64,000 nt of DNA from assembly GCA_004764695.1 (NCBI GenBank), contig SMSO01000032.1, forward strand, positions 2,976,001 through 3,040,000, given 5' to 3'. Below, piece after piece: positions 21,455 through 34,145 of the stretch. The notes beneath the pieces are model-generated. The model was not told where the DNA came from and searched no databases. It saw only the letters and a list, made by a program, of their open reading frames with translations. Each line of letters opens with the position of its first letter. Within the stretch, counting starts at the first letter, position 1. This DNA is from Schizochytrium sp. TIO01. Taxonomy: Eukaryota; Protista; Bigyra: Labyrinthulomycetes. The position numbers were made by a program, and so were the translations under genes.

Positions 21455-24400
21455 GGTGCTTGCTTGGTTTGTGCGTCTTTGCTTGTTTGCTCCTGGATCC
21501 TGCTCGCAGAAGAAGCCACTCGCGCGTAGCGACTTTCAATCGGGGATTGCTTTCGCTTCGCATTCATTTTTTTCGGTAGTCCAAAATAGAAACATCGCCA
21601 TCATTAACTGAAAAAAATAAAATAAAACTAAACATCGCAGTAGTGGTAGCTAATGCTTATTTACATTACTCTTATATTAATAAAGTATAAATGGAAGGTT
21701 TAAAGCATGGATATATAATATTCTTTTTATTTTAATTTTTTTGTTTTAAAGAGGTACTGCTTAATATGAATGAAATAAAGATTACACTTTGACGCGCTTT
21801 TAAAAAATCAAATTAAAATAGGTACATCCATAATTGAAGAGAACTAAAAAGCGCGATACACCATAGTATATAATAAAATAAAAGTTTATTATGAACACAT
21901 CATAAACATTTTCCATTTTCAATAGTTTTTCTTCATGTTTTGTTTATTTCAACAACAATAGTTATACTATTGTTTTTGTTTTTGTTTAATTTTTGTTTTT
22001 TTTAAGAGGATGAATTAATTCAGCATTTCGAGAGCATATTATTAATTCAGGGCATAAGAAACTGCTCCTCCCCGTTTTTCTCTCTCTTTAATTTATTCTA
22101 CCATAACCTAAGACATATTGATGGTTGAAAGAAATGTTAAGTTGGCTCTCCACTGCCACTCAATATGACAATACAGGTGAAGGGAAGCAAAGAGGCAGCT
22201 CAAATGGCAATGGCCTGGTCACGATATCCCACTCCACCTCCTAGCCTTTCACTACCTGCCTGGCTTTAAAGAGCTGATGTTTATGTATGATATTCATTTT
22301 CGAATGCTCTTTTCTTCTTCCGGCATTGTTAAATTTAATTAGATAAATAGCTTTTTATTTTTAAAACTAAAGTGGGAAAGGGGGGCTTTTGACAAGAAAG
22401 AAAGAAAATTAGAAGAACCTGGAAAAAACCGGTGCACAGCTTTCGAAGAATAGACAGAAGGAAGGCGCCCTCTCTCGGCCTTGACGCCCAGGAGGGAGCG
22501 GGGAAAAGAGAGCACAGCACCCTTCGAGGCCGCGTGGTAGACAGCATCAGGCAACAGCAATCGACGCTCAAGAAAGCCCACGGATACTAAGCCACGACCG
22601 AAGCAGCACGTGATCCTTGGCATTCAAGTTCTGGCCTTCTTGGAGCTCGAAAGGCTGTATGTGTAGGCACCGTAGCGAATTTGCAACTACTAAATCTATT
22701 TCTTGATTGGCCAAATTATCCGATGTTATGATGGCATTAGAATTGATTGTTTGTCCCCGATTCGAAGGCTTTTAGGTACCTGTATAGAGTGAATGCTTTG
22801 CATGTGCGAAGAAGCGAAGGAACTGTGAAGGAATCAGTGCTCCTAATTCTCGTTGGATGTCTGCTCCGCATGCTTGTAAAGGGGGCAGCACATGATTTGC
22901 AGCATATACGTGCAATGCCTTTTTTAAGACACTAGTACAAACACTGGATTTGACGGTGGTAGTAGATATCCCAATGCAGGTGACGATGGTACGATGAGTA
23001 TGATTTCGATAAATGTTGAATCACTCGGCTGTTGATTCATGCTGACGAACGAGGTACTGAATGGTGGCACGCTTCTGGTATCAGAAAAGTGCAGCACTGA
23101 GGGAAACCTAAAGGGTGTCCCACACAGTTATTTTGTTTTTGGCAGGTATCTACGCAAGCATAATACCCTGGTACATTATTATATCCAATATATATAGTTC
23201 ACTCAGCCTCTAGAGATTAAAAAATAAAAAATAAAAATTATTGAATCCCTTACAAAAACATCACTTTACATATACCCTACTTATATATTTATATATATGT
23301 ATATATATGTGTGGTGACGGTGGTAGCTCAGATGCTGCGTCAATCCACACAAACATACCAACTCGTCTTGTAAAGTCACGGTCTGTTGCTTGAATGCAGC
23401 GCATTATAATGAAGAACTCTGCTTCAGGCGTGCGTTCTAGCCCCAAGCTGCTGGGATTCAAATGGCTTTTTGAGAGAAACCTAAATCTAAACACCAGTCA
23501 ACGAGAATCGATGTTGATGATGCGGAATGAGGTTGTGATAAATGAAATGTAAATCGAAATGCAATCTATCGATGGAATGAGGCAGCCGCAAAGACCATCA
23601 CAGCGGTGGCAATTGAGAGCTCGTGAGAGAGAGCGGCTACTTGGGCTATGTAGATTGCTTTGGAACAGGGGTTTCAATCTCGTTGACAATGCCGTGCATT
23701 AATAATCCCTAAATAGGAGAAAGGTCCACGCAAAGGTCATCATAAAATGATGGCGCTTCATCACACTCCTGACTGGAACTACTAGTATCTGCTAAGGTGC
23801 TTGATACCGCGACTGAGAAGCACTATAATAATTATTATTTATTAAATTTTAAAACATTAAACACTTTTTTATAAATGCATATTTATTTAATATATAAGTA
23901 AATTGAAGAATAAATTTAGGGAATCGGTTGCTTTGTTTTCGAGACAGATGATGCAGATGATGGGTTCCTCTTCTCTTTCTTCGTCTTCGTTCTATGGTTT
24001 CTCTGCCAAAAAGTCTCCACGCGTCACCACCTACGCAACAAAGCTCTTGTCGTCCGAGTCAGAGCAGTGGCGAAGCAAAGAACAGCCTATCATCAAACAC
24101 CCACATCAACGAGCAAGAAGAACTTTTTAAAAAAAAAATGGAAGAAGAAGAAAAAAGCAATGATAACTCTTTTCACATGTTTACATTTCCATTTATGATT
24201 TCTAAAAACTGTATCGCTCGACGTCGCAAACATTAGTCCTTCGACTCTCTTTCTAGGCCTCCTCCGAGTCCGAGAGAAGGCCCGACCGCATCCAAAAATC
24301 GCTGCCCCATTGCAAAAGCGAAGCGCGGCTGCAGAAGAACCGTCAACTGACAGGTGGATGGCTGCCCACCCCTATGATTTCAAGCTGCACTTTCATGGTG

Positions 24401-25335
24401 TGCATGAGTTCAAGTTGGTCGATCGCTCTTTTATTGAAATCGACTGATTGATATTCATTGACTCATTCATTGACTCATTCATTCATTGCAATCAATGTCA
24501 GATTGATTGACTGATCGCAATGTCAGATAGATTGGGTGTTGAGTCCTACTCGGCGCAAACACACGCATCAAGCCATGCATGAATGTTGGTACTACCTGCC
24601 TACACATGCACAATGTAGTAGGTCTGGCATTGTCCAGAGGCTGCTGTCAACTCGAATAGCGCGAAGAGGAGTTGTGAATGACGAAGGTGGCGAGAGTCGA
24701 AGAGTAGCGCTACGCAACGCAAACCATTTTAGTGTTCCCCCTTGAAAGAAAAAGGGGTTTATTTAAATTTCCTTTCTTTCAAGTCGTTTTCTAGCTAGCT
24801 TTTTACTTTCCGCTGTGTCCTGTTTTCCCTCCTATTGTTACTTCCTACCTGGTACCTTTTTACAGGCACTGTTGGTTTTCGCTATTTTTTATTTTTATTT
24901 TTATTTCTCAATCGAAGGTTTAAAATAATTGTTTTTCTTAATTTAAAAAAAATCTATAGTACACAGCATATTTTATTTCATTTAAGTTGTAAGCCATTAA
25001 TCGCTCAAACTTTCTGTCAACTATAAACTATTGCGCCGAGTCACTCTAGCTAGAGGTACCTTGCAATCAACGCAATCAACCAACCAGCACGTCCTGCGTA
25101 GGCTCTTCTCCCACTCTCACTAGTTAGAGGTAAGAAGCTAAAACCTTTTGGCTTTGGCTAAAACCCAGCCAAAACAACCACTCACTCACTCACTCACTCA
25201 CTCACTACTTCTCTTCCCCAGACTCTTTTCTAGTTTGGCGCTTACCACATCCACACGTACATACATCCATCCATATATTCGTAAGTTCATACATACACAT
25301 ACATACATACATAACTAAGGAGTACGTATGCGCGC

Positions 25336-25398
25336 ATGATGATATGAAATGACATGATATGATATGATAATATGATACGATATAATATGATACGATAT
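25336..25398. repeat. (ATGAT)n degenerate pentanucleotide repeat, next to (CATA)n at 25288-25313 and (CACT)n at 25180-25206
   Basis: Read directly. Confidence 0.75.
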
Positions 25399-26235
25399 GC
25401 CTACGATCGAGAAAGAGATAGCAGCGACGAGATGAGAACCATCGACACGAACGAGATAGAAAGAACTGGCAGGTTCAACTTACGCAGGGCAGCGTTGGCT
25501 CGAGCCGTCGGAGACGATCGAGACGATCGAGGCCACGAGGAGAGAGCAGAGAGCAGAACGTCCGACTGACCCACGAAAGAGACAGAACTAGATCACCAGA
25601 CAGATCGGAGCTGAGAGGAGCGGAGTGGACCACCTCAAACGAGCTGGAGGACTCGCGCAGCAGAGGAACTGATTCTTAGGGACTGCCTCAAACGCAGAAG
25701 AGCTCAGGTCGTAGAGGAGGTAGGAGCAGGAGTAGGAGAAGAAGAGAAGGATGTACCAAGTCCAGAGAGTAGGGCCAGGTAGGGGTAAATCTAAGGGGGG
25801 TATTGATAGAGTAAGAGAAAGACATGTTGAGTCTCCGCCTTCGTTGCGATTGTTATTTATTATTTATTGTCTATTTATTTATTATTACTGTTATTATTAT
25901 TTAATAAGTTAAAACATTTTTAAAGTGGACGTTGCGATGATATTTTCCCCTTCAATCTCAGTTTTAAAAAACTCGAATTAATCATTTAATAGAATAATAA
26001 TAATAATGTAGGACCGTGGAATTAGGCTATCTATTATGTTCAAAGGTTGGTTGCTAGGTTTCGGGTTCTTCGAAATGGAAGGGAGAATCGCGTCAGGAAT
26101 GGAGACGATCTGCGGAAATATCTTGAAGGACTGGCAATACGCAGCAGCTCAACCGACTGCAGTTAGCATGCCTTTAAGTGCTCGAGGTACTACCTGCTGC
26201 AGAATGCTGAAGACTTGGCTTTTGCCATCCAGGGC

Positions 26236-26273
26236 TGTTTGTTTGTTTGTTTGTTTGTTTGTTTGTTTGTTTG
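26236..26273. repeat. (GTTT)n microsatellite
   Basis: Read directly. Confidence 0.9.
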
Positions 26274-29200
26274 TCCGCTTGCGCTTCGAATTAATCAAGT
26301 GCCCAGTCGATCGCATCTCACTCGTTTCGCCATGGCGAGCTCTTCGAGCTTCGTCGCTCGAGCCTCAGGCCTCAGGCCTCAGGTCTGCAGGTCCCAAGCC
26401 TGCAAGCAAGCCCAAGCGCTCTTCCACAGCCTGTTCCGAAGCAACTGGTCCATCTGCATCTTGCCACAGCGCAGCGAGGCCCGACCTGAGGCGAAAGGCC
26501 CGTTGGGGCTCAGAGGCCCGTGAAGAGGTCAGTCTGCAGCTTCGGAAGCTCTCTATCTCCTTCGGCCTTCGCGCCATCTCTCGCTCAGCGCATAAACCCA
26601 AAGGCCGCTCCGTTTGAGCCATGTCAGTTCGAGAACTGGCCCGGGAGCGCCGTTCCCCTGCTGTACTCGTAGGTTCCTGCTCTTCTTTCTTTCACTGAGG
26701 CAATCAATGCTGCCATCTTTGTGGCCTCCAAGCTCTTCAAGAGGGTCGTCAAGATCCGTTCGTACCAGTGATGACGATCCTTCGTCCAAGGGCAAATGGA
26801 TGAACGCCTCGACGGCCAAAACGACTGGACTCTGCCTTGGTCGCCTTCTCTGCCCATTGAGGGACCCGTACCAATTGGGACTCTCTTTGCGCCGTTTGTC
26901 GTGGAATGCCTCTGATTGATCTAGCGAGCAGTAGTAGCGCTAGTGGTAGCACTTGTGCTAGGATTGCTGTCTAGCTCGTATGTATCTATGTATCTATGTA
27001 TCTATGTATGTCTGTATGTATGTATCTCCACTGTTCGCGTAGAGCAGCGCCACTGCAGACTCGAGCTGCCTGTTGCTAGAACTCGAGATGCTCGAGAAGC
27101 TCGAGGCTGGCTGGCTGGCTGGCTGGCTGAATGGCAGGCCCGTGGGAAACCAGCCTGGGCCAGATCTTGAACGCGATTCCGTCGCGACCGTCCCGAGCGG
27201 TCTTGGCGACCTCGCTTCTGCGCGGAGTTCTGAGCGAGTCTTCGCTGTGTCGCTCTGCGGCGCAAACCATCCGCCCCGTCTTCTCGCCATTAAACAGGAG
27301 CAATTAATTAATTTATTTATTTATTTGTTTGTTTGTTTATTTGTTTGTTTGTTTGTTTATTTGTTGATTTGTTGATTTTATTTTCGATTTATTTGTAACG
27401 CCAACGGGTCTCGTAGTACCTATACATGTACAATATAATATAGAATCTCAATTTAAAAGGAGAAATACTCAAGAGTCACCTTTTTTCTTTTCCTATTTTA
27501 CTGACTAAATACTAGGTTTTATTTTTTCATATAAGAATAACTAAGAAGTGAATTAGGTTTGTTTTTAGCTTCAAGGCAATTTAATTTAAAATTTTTAAAA
27601 ATAGATAAAATGAATATGATCCTTTTGAAAAAAACCAGAAAACATGGTCGCTGGTCCTCTAATTTATTTATTATTCACTAGCGCGGACCTGCCAGCGTTC
27701 TGAGCGTTCTGGGACAATCATTTCCACTCGTCGGACTAACACTGTCTGTCTAGAATCGACCTAGAAACTTAGGTACACCCTTGTTGTATAGTATTTGTTT
27801 TTCTTTTAAGTACTCCCTACAAACAAGGTCATGCATGCAATCTCGAAGAGCTGCGATGGAGATTGACGTGGAAACAAACTTCTCGGAGAGACGGAGCATA
27901 TTGGCAGACAGGGGAGAGAGCACCTAGATAGGTACACAGACAGACAGGCAATAGACAAGTAGACAGGCAGTTAAACAGATAGAAATTGTGGATCGATGAT
28001 ACCATGGTGGTCTAGTCACCGCAGTTTAATGTACTGAGCTTGAGAATTTTGCCACGGCATCCTGGCATGATGTACCGAGAGCATATCTTCGGCTGCCTAA
28101 AACCATTTTTAAAGTAAAGCTAAAACAACAATAAAAACTTATGCAGGTTGATCCGACTAACGAATGAATGCAGGTTAGTATCACCTATTCATTTGAACAT
28201 AGTTTGAAAGCGGTCACTTTTTATGAGGCAAATGATTGGAAAACACAGGTCAGGAAGGTAGATACTAGGTACTACATAGTTGCTCGCGACTTGTCAGCAT
28301 TCTATTCCATAAAATTGTTGATGTTCATCGTAATTGATGTTTGTATAAGTGTTTCTTTCTTTCTTTCTTTTTTCTTTCTTTCTTTTTTCAATATTTTATA
28401 AAATTAATTTGAAATTGAAGATAAAATTTAAAATAATAATAATAATTAATAATTTAAAAAATGAATCGGGACTCTCGCTCTAAAGAAATGAACATGAATC
28501 ATTAGGCAGCATCAGAAGAAGAAAAAGAAAAAACGCAACCTGAACGAACGAAAAGAAAGGAAAAGAAAAGGCAGAGAAGAGAAAGAAAAGAGAAGAGAAA
28601 GAAGGCGGGATGGATGCATGCGCAGACGAGCGTATGCATGCTCGCGCCTTCAAAACCTGGATTGCTCACGGCACTCTGGCAATTAATGGCAATAGTAGGG
28701 AGGCAGTAGGCGGACTAAGCAGTGAGCAGGCGTAGGAAAAGCTTAGCCACCACTTCGGAGCCTGGGAATGATAGCGACGATGGTTAGTTACAGAAAAGCA
28801 GGTCTGTGATTTTGGAGAAAGGATAACCAGGAGTCGCAACAGTGGAGAAGGGGAAGCCGAGAGTCGGCCCCATTTAATTGGCTAATTGACCGAATAAATG
28901 GCTGACTGTGTCGTCTACGTTGATCACCTCAATCTCTTCATGTAAAAGTACTAGTATCTCATCCATCTCCTGGACTTGGAGCTGAGTATTCATGACTCAT
29001 CCTCCAAGTAGAGGTAAGAACCTCGGATAGATATATATATAAGGTATCATTCGTAACATCAATTACTAGCTAGAGGTAGATGGATACCTAGTTAGGTACA
29101 TACAACTACGAGCTGCATTGTAATACCAATTAGGCCTCCAGAGTACAGCGCGATGTTGCAACCTAGCTACCTATTTTCTGTGGAACCTGGCTGTGAATAT

Positions 29201-32200
29201 AACCATGCAAATTATTTCTTTTTCTGCAATGCTTGGGTCTCTCTCTACATTACCCAGCTAGTGAGCAATTAGTCAGTTAGCCACTTGGTGAAGATGACGA
29301 GGAAATAGATAGCTCGCCAGCTACCGCATTGTCCAGATGGTTGACTGATGTGAAACCTCTTCCATAAGGATTACGTATACATAAAAATGCTCAAGCAGTG
29401 TTTGGGGGATAAATCTCAATGACGCGTAGCCACGTTTCGATTTATCAATGATTTGGTCAGCTAGAGGTCGATTAGGAAGATAAAGGCAAAAGGCGTGAAG
29501 GAGTCTAAAGCCAGCCAGACAACCATCACAATCAATATATCGCAATCGATGAGCCGGGAAAAGTGATGAAATTTAAGCGGACTAGCTGATCATATCACAA
29601 ATCAAAATATTGCAAGTCAAGAGTTTGCACAAGTGCAATCATTTTTCACAATGTGTGGATAGACCATCATTCTATTACTGTGCTGCAGAAGCAGAAGAGA
29701 ATATCGGAACTTACCATTGGAATACATCTGATGGCGGCGAAAATGAATAGGTGTGAAACCAAGCAGCGAGCACCAGCATATCCTTTAATATTAAGTGCGT
29801 TTCTACACCATGTGAGAAATACCGAACCGCACCGAATGGCCAACACAGAACAATTGGTCTCAGACAAAATCAGAGTGCGCGTTTTTAAAAAGATGTCAAA
29901 GAGTTGAAAGTGATGAAGATTTGGGCGGTAGCATTGTGACATCTTCGCAGAGGTTCATCTTCGCTCTATTGTCCTTCAAATCGCAGATCTACAGAGTGCT
30001 AACTGAGAATGCGCAGATTTTATTTGGGTGTTCGCTGGTACTAGCTTACAGCTCAAAAGTATTTATATCATTTATATATGCTCAGATGCTCAGATGCTAG
30101 ACTGCAACTCATTCGGGTGCGTCTAAAACTACGGCGGATGCCTGAAGCCAAGAAAGCCAAGTGATATCATTGGGATTTATTTTGACGGGTTCTCTTCAAA
30201 TGTCACTGGTGAACCAATTGCTAATAGTGATTAAGGCTAGTACATCGATTGTGATAGATAGATAAGTGGAAGAACTCTCTAACAGGCTAGAATGAACAGT
30301 CTCGTATCAATGTACCAGAGTGGAATGTAACGAAGCTTGTTTTTGGCTTTCCGTAGACCTTCTCTTGCACTATTTGATATTAGGAACGCTGGAAAAGGCC
30401 TCCTCACATAGGTATCTTTAGTCAAAAAAACAAAAGGCATCCTTGCGCTGCTAAGGCCGATTGTCTAGTACTAATGTTATTTCACAGCCAAGCTGTAGAT
30501 TGTGCATCTGTGACCCTTCCTATCATTAAGTCAAACGAAAGCTTCTAAATGTGCGTGGCCATGCACAGCATGGACCAGGCTCCAGATTTTTAGCTTCATA
30601 GAACAGCCACCAGCCTGAGGGACAGAAGGCTGTCAACCTTGAGTCACCCTGTTTTGACCTTTATCGAAACTAGTACTAGAGTGCTTGTGATTCTTGGTGT
30701 TGCCACTAGGCCACTACACTAGGCTACTATATGTGTACCCTACAAAGCTCAACGACTTGAACAGCTGTAGCTATAGCTAGCTATTTTCTTTGCGAAGCTG
30801 GTACATAAAAATATGATTCAAGCTCGCTAGTGGAATACCAGTCTCTTTCTTTGTCACAGCAACGATTCTGCTCACTCCGCAGACTTTGAAATGGTAAAGT
30901 ACACTGTTCGAAACTGACAGCCATAAATTTGTTTAATACTTCTTTTAGAACTTTGCGGATCAAAGATGAGAGTGTGTCAATTGAGACTCAAGGTACCAAG
31001 AAGAGTATGAAGAGAGAAAGTAGAAGAAAAAAAATTTAAACATTTACCTTTTTCATTTTTTTTAATAAAATGATTTCTTTATATTTAATTAAAATTGTAT
31101 TTTTAGAAACATTAAAGAAATTTGTTTCATTTAAAACAAGTCCTTGAAGGGGAGAAGAAGAAAAAAAAGTTTGTCTGTTTCTTCCTTTGCGTCGAGAGTC
31201 TTTTATTTTTGTTCTTCTTGAAATTCCTCTCATGTTAACTATTATTTTATTGATTCTTAGGTAGCACATAGATAGCCGCAGAAGGCCTCTGCAGTTTTTC
31301 ATTTCATTGAATTACTCATCATTCCTTTCATTTTAATAAATAAAATTTAACCTTTTTTTAAAAATCGCAAGTCGGGCTCTTGGTATTTTTTTAGGGAGTA
31401 ACCGGGGGGTAACGGCGGCTTCTCATCTACCATCAACTTGAACCTAATGACACGTCATGAAGATCGTCATGATGCCTGCCTCCTCTGGCTAGAGAGAACA
31501 AGAGTGATCCTTCCTTACCAGAGACGAAGACCGTGAAGTTGATCTCGATCTATCCTCGCGAGCCTCAGAGACACACGACGCTAATGGTTAGTAGGTATCC
31601 CCAATGTTCAAGAGATAACCCTGGTGGATCTCTGTAAACCTGGACTTCGACACCCTCTCTGGGGTCGCACGAACTTGAATTTCGTTGCATTCATATATTT
31701 AAGGCTTTTATCTTTCTGCCACCATCACATCGGTAATGATGAAGCTTTTATGAAGGTGCAGTAAGTAGCCAGTAGGTATCTAGCAAGTAGTTTCAAGGAG
31801 GCTTTATGGCTAACAATCTGGAACGAAGAGTAGCTTTTCGGAAACATCATGGTGTGCAAAGCTAATTACTATTTTTGTTCAGGGTACCCTCGCACAAGTT
31901 CTTGAGACTAAGTTCGATACTAAGTATTACCCTACAGGTAGGGCAGACAGCCTTTCATTCATCAGTGCTGCCGATTCCTTCTGATGCAACACATCGGACG
32001 CATCATTTCGATGATGGAAGCAACGACAGCACCACTGCAATTACGATTGCTCCTCATCTTAAGAGCCCGCTACGGACACGCAAATAGACGCAATCAAAAC
32101 AGGAAAAGGCCCACCTGTTATCAGCTAGCAGGAGCCCGATATCTATTTCTAATACTACCCTGAGCCTAGTACTACGTGTCTCTCCTTTCTAAGCTCCACC

Positions 32201-34145
32201 TAAACCACCCAATGGTAGACTTTACCCTTTTCATCATGATTACCTAATTTTTTAGAACAGTAGGTTAGGTACGTACTAAGTATATGTGCCATCACATAAA
32301 CTAAGATTCTGCAAAGCGGCGTATTACGCAATCAAATCAATTACTTGAACTCTAACTATCTACTTTTATTTTAGTTTTATTTTACCAGGCTGCACTTTGT
32401 TTCAAGTGCAATAGATTTCAATTCAGTATGTACCACCTCCATAAGATGAAATAATTTATACTATGTGGTAATAGTGCACACTTCTACCTTTTCAAATTTG
32501 CCAATCTATTTTGCAAGTTACACAACTCCAAGCAAAGTTAAGAATGAAATACAAGAATGTCATTGATTCTTCAACCTTAAGCTGCCCTTGGTATTCTATT
32601 CATCACAACACTACAACTAGGAATCAGTCGCACCTAGCAGGTATACCACTTTGGCACGATTCGGTAATTATCCGACACAGAGAAGAACCACCAACGTGGG
32701 TTACAACAGCTTCAACCTGACAGGGTAAGTAGGTACCTACTACCTATGTTTTCGTTCTTTTATGAGAGTCAAATCTATTGCTTGCAAATTGCACGGAACT
32801 GACTACCTCCCACCTAAAAGCACCTATTATTTTACCAAACAAGCATTAAGGTTGCCTTCTTATAAATCTCCTCTCAAAGGCTGTCATCATTGGCACCACG
32901 TGCAACATATAACCTAAACTGAATTCTTCTTCATTCCCCTTGCCAGGCCCTTTTTTGTGCAGACTCCTGCAGCAACGCTTTTTGGAAACCGATGTTTTTA
33001 GCACGAGTGGGTATTTACTATTTACTACCTGTATGTTCTTTGCAATAGCTCAAATTGAGCTGAGCTGAGCTGAGGTTCGTAGTAGGTAGTAGTACCTTTT
33101 TGACCAATTGATAGCGGGATAGTTGAGTTTTTACCCAAGCTAAAAGATTCTAGGGCCTTGGTCTAGTGAGAATAACTTGGTTCGCAAAGGGTGGGCATCA
33201 ATTATCAATTACTGCATCTACAGGCAGCTAACACCGTACAAGGCCAGTTTGCAAAGATTATAAAATACCAGCCTTCAGAATCCTGCAACTTATTTTAAGA
33301 CCGGCATGGTTCGCATAACCAACACGCACAAAACTACCCTCGGTTTCTCGACATACGTACCTGCACCTATCTAGGTACCTCGCCATAAACTTGAAGAGCA
33401 CCCACTAGCTAGCCAAAGGCTAACTCGGAGTCTTTCAACTCTTTTTTAGCTTGGCAAAACCTCGAGCCTAAACAATCACTCAACTTGAAGATCCATCAAA
33501 GAAAGCAGGTTCATAGCACTAGAACATAGCTAATATATAGTACATAGCATCGAACCTACGTGGGACATTGAAATGTTGTCCCTAGAATAGAAAGGATCCG
33601 TTACATGTAGCAGCGTAAATTTTTGTAGTTTCCTGACTAAAACACTGCAAAACTTTAAAGACTCTCGTTACGGCGTGCACATGAGAAAGCAAGTATGAGA
33701 AACTCATAATGACAGCAGACGGTGTGTGTGTGTACGTTTTACATATGAGAACTGCGCGTGCAATCACATTGTACAGCCCATGGTCATGATTTTGACTCAA
33801 TTTTAGCACGGGTTTGGATAGAAAAATCGAAAAGCTCTCTCGGCGCGCCTTGGGAGGGCGAGAGCGTGCCTGAGAGTTCGGATCCACTTCATTCTTTTGG
33901 AACCCTCTTCGACAATATCAGCGTGAACCATCGAGGGAAAGAAGCGATTCCAACTACAGCTGCCGCACCCTTTTTTTGTATAGATATAATCTTTAGCTCA
34001 ATTACATAAACCTTACTCGCGGGCAAGACGTCGCGCGGGCTTCAATTTTACGCTGTGAGTTGTTAACTACTGGGCATGTTCGCATAGGAAGCATATCTTC
34101 TGATTAAAACCAAACGAAAGTAAATACCTAAACTTGTGGAGTTCC

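Noticed and set aside
20795-21529. 244-aa plus-strand ORF
   Set aside because: Antisense shadow of the hydroxylase/desaturase CDS.
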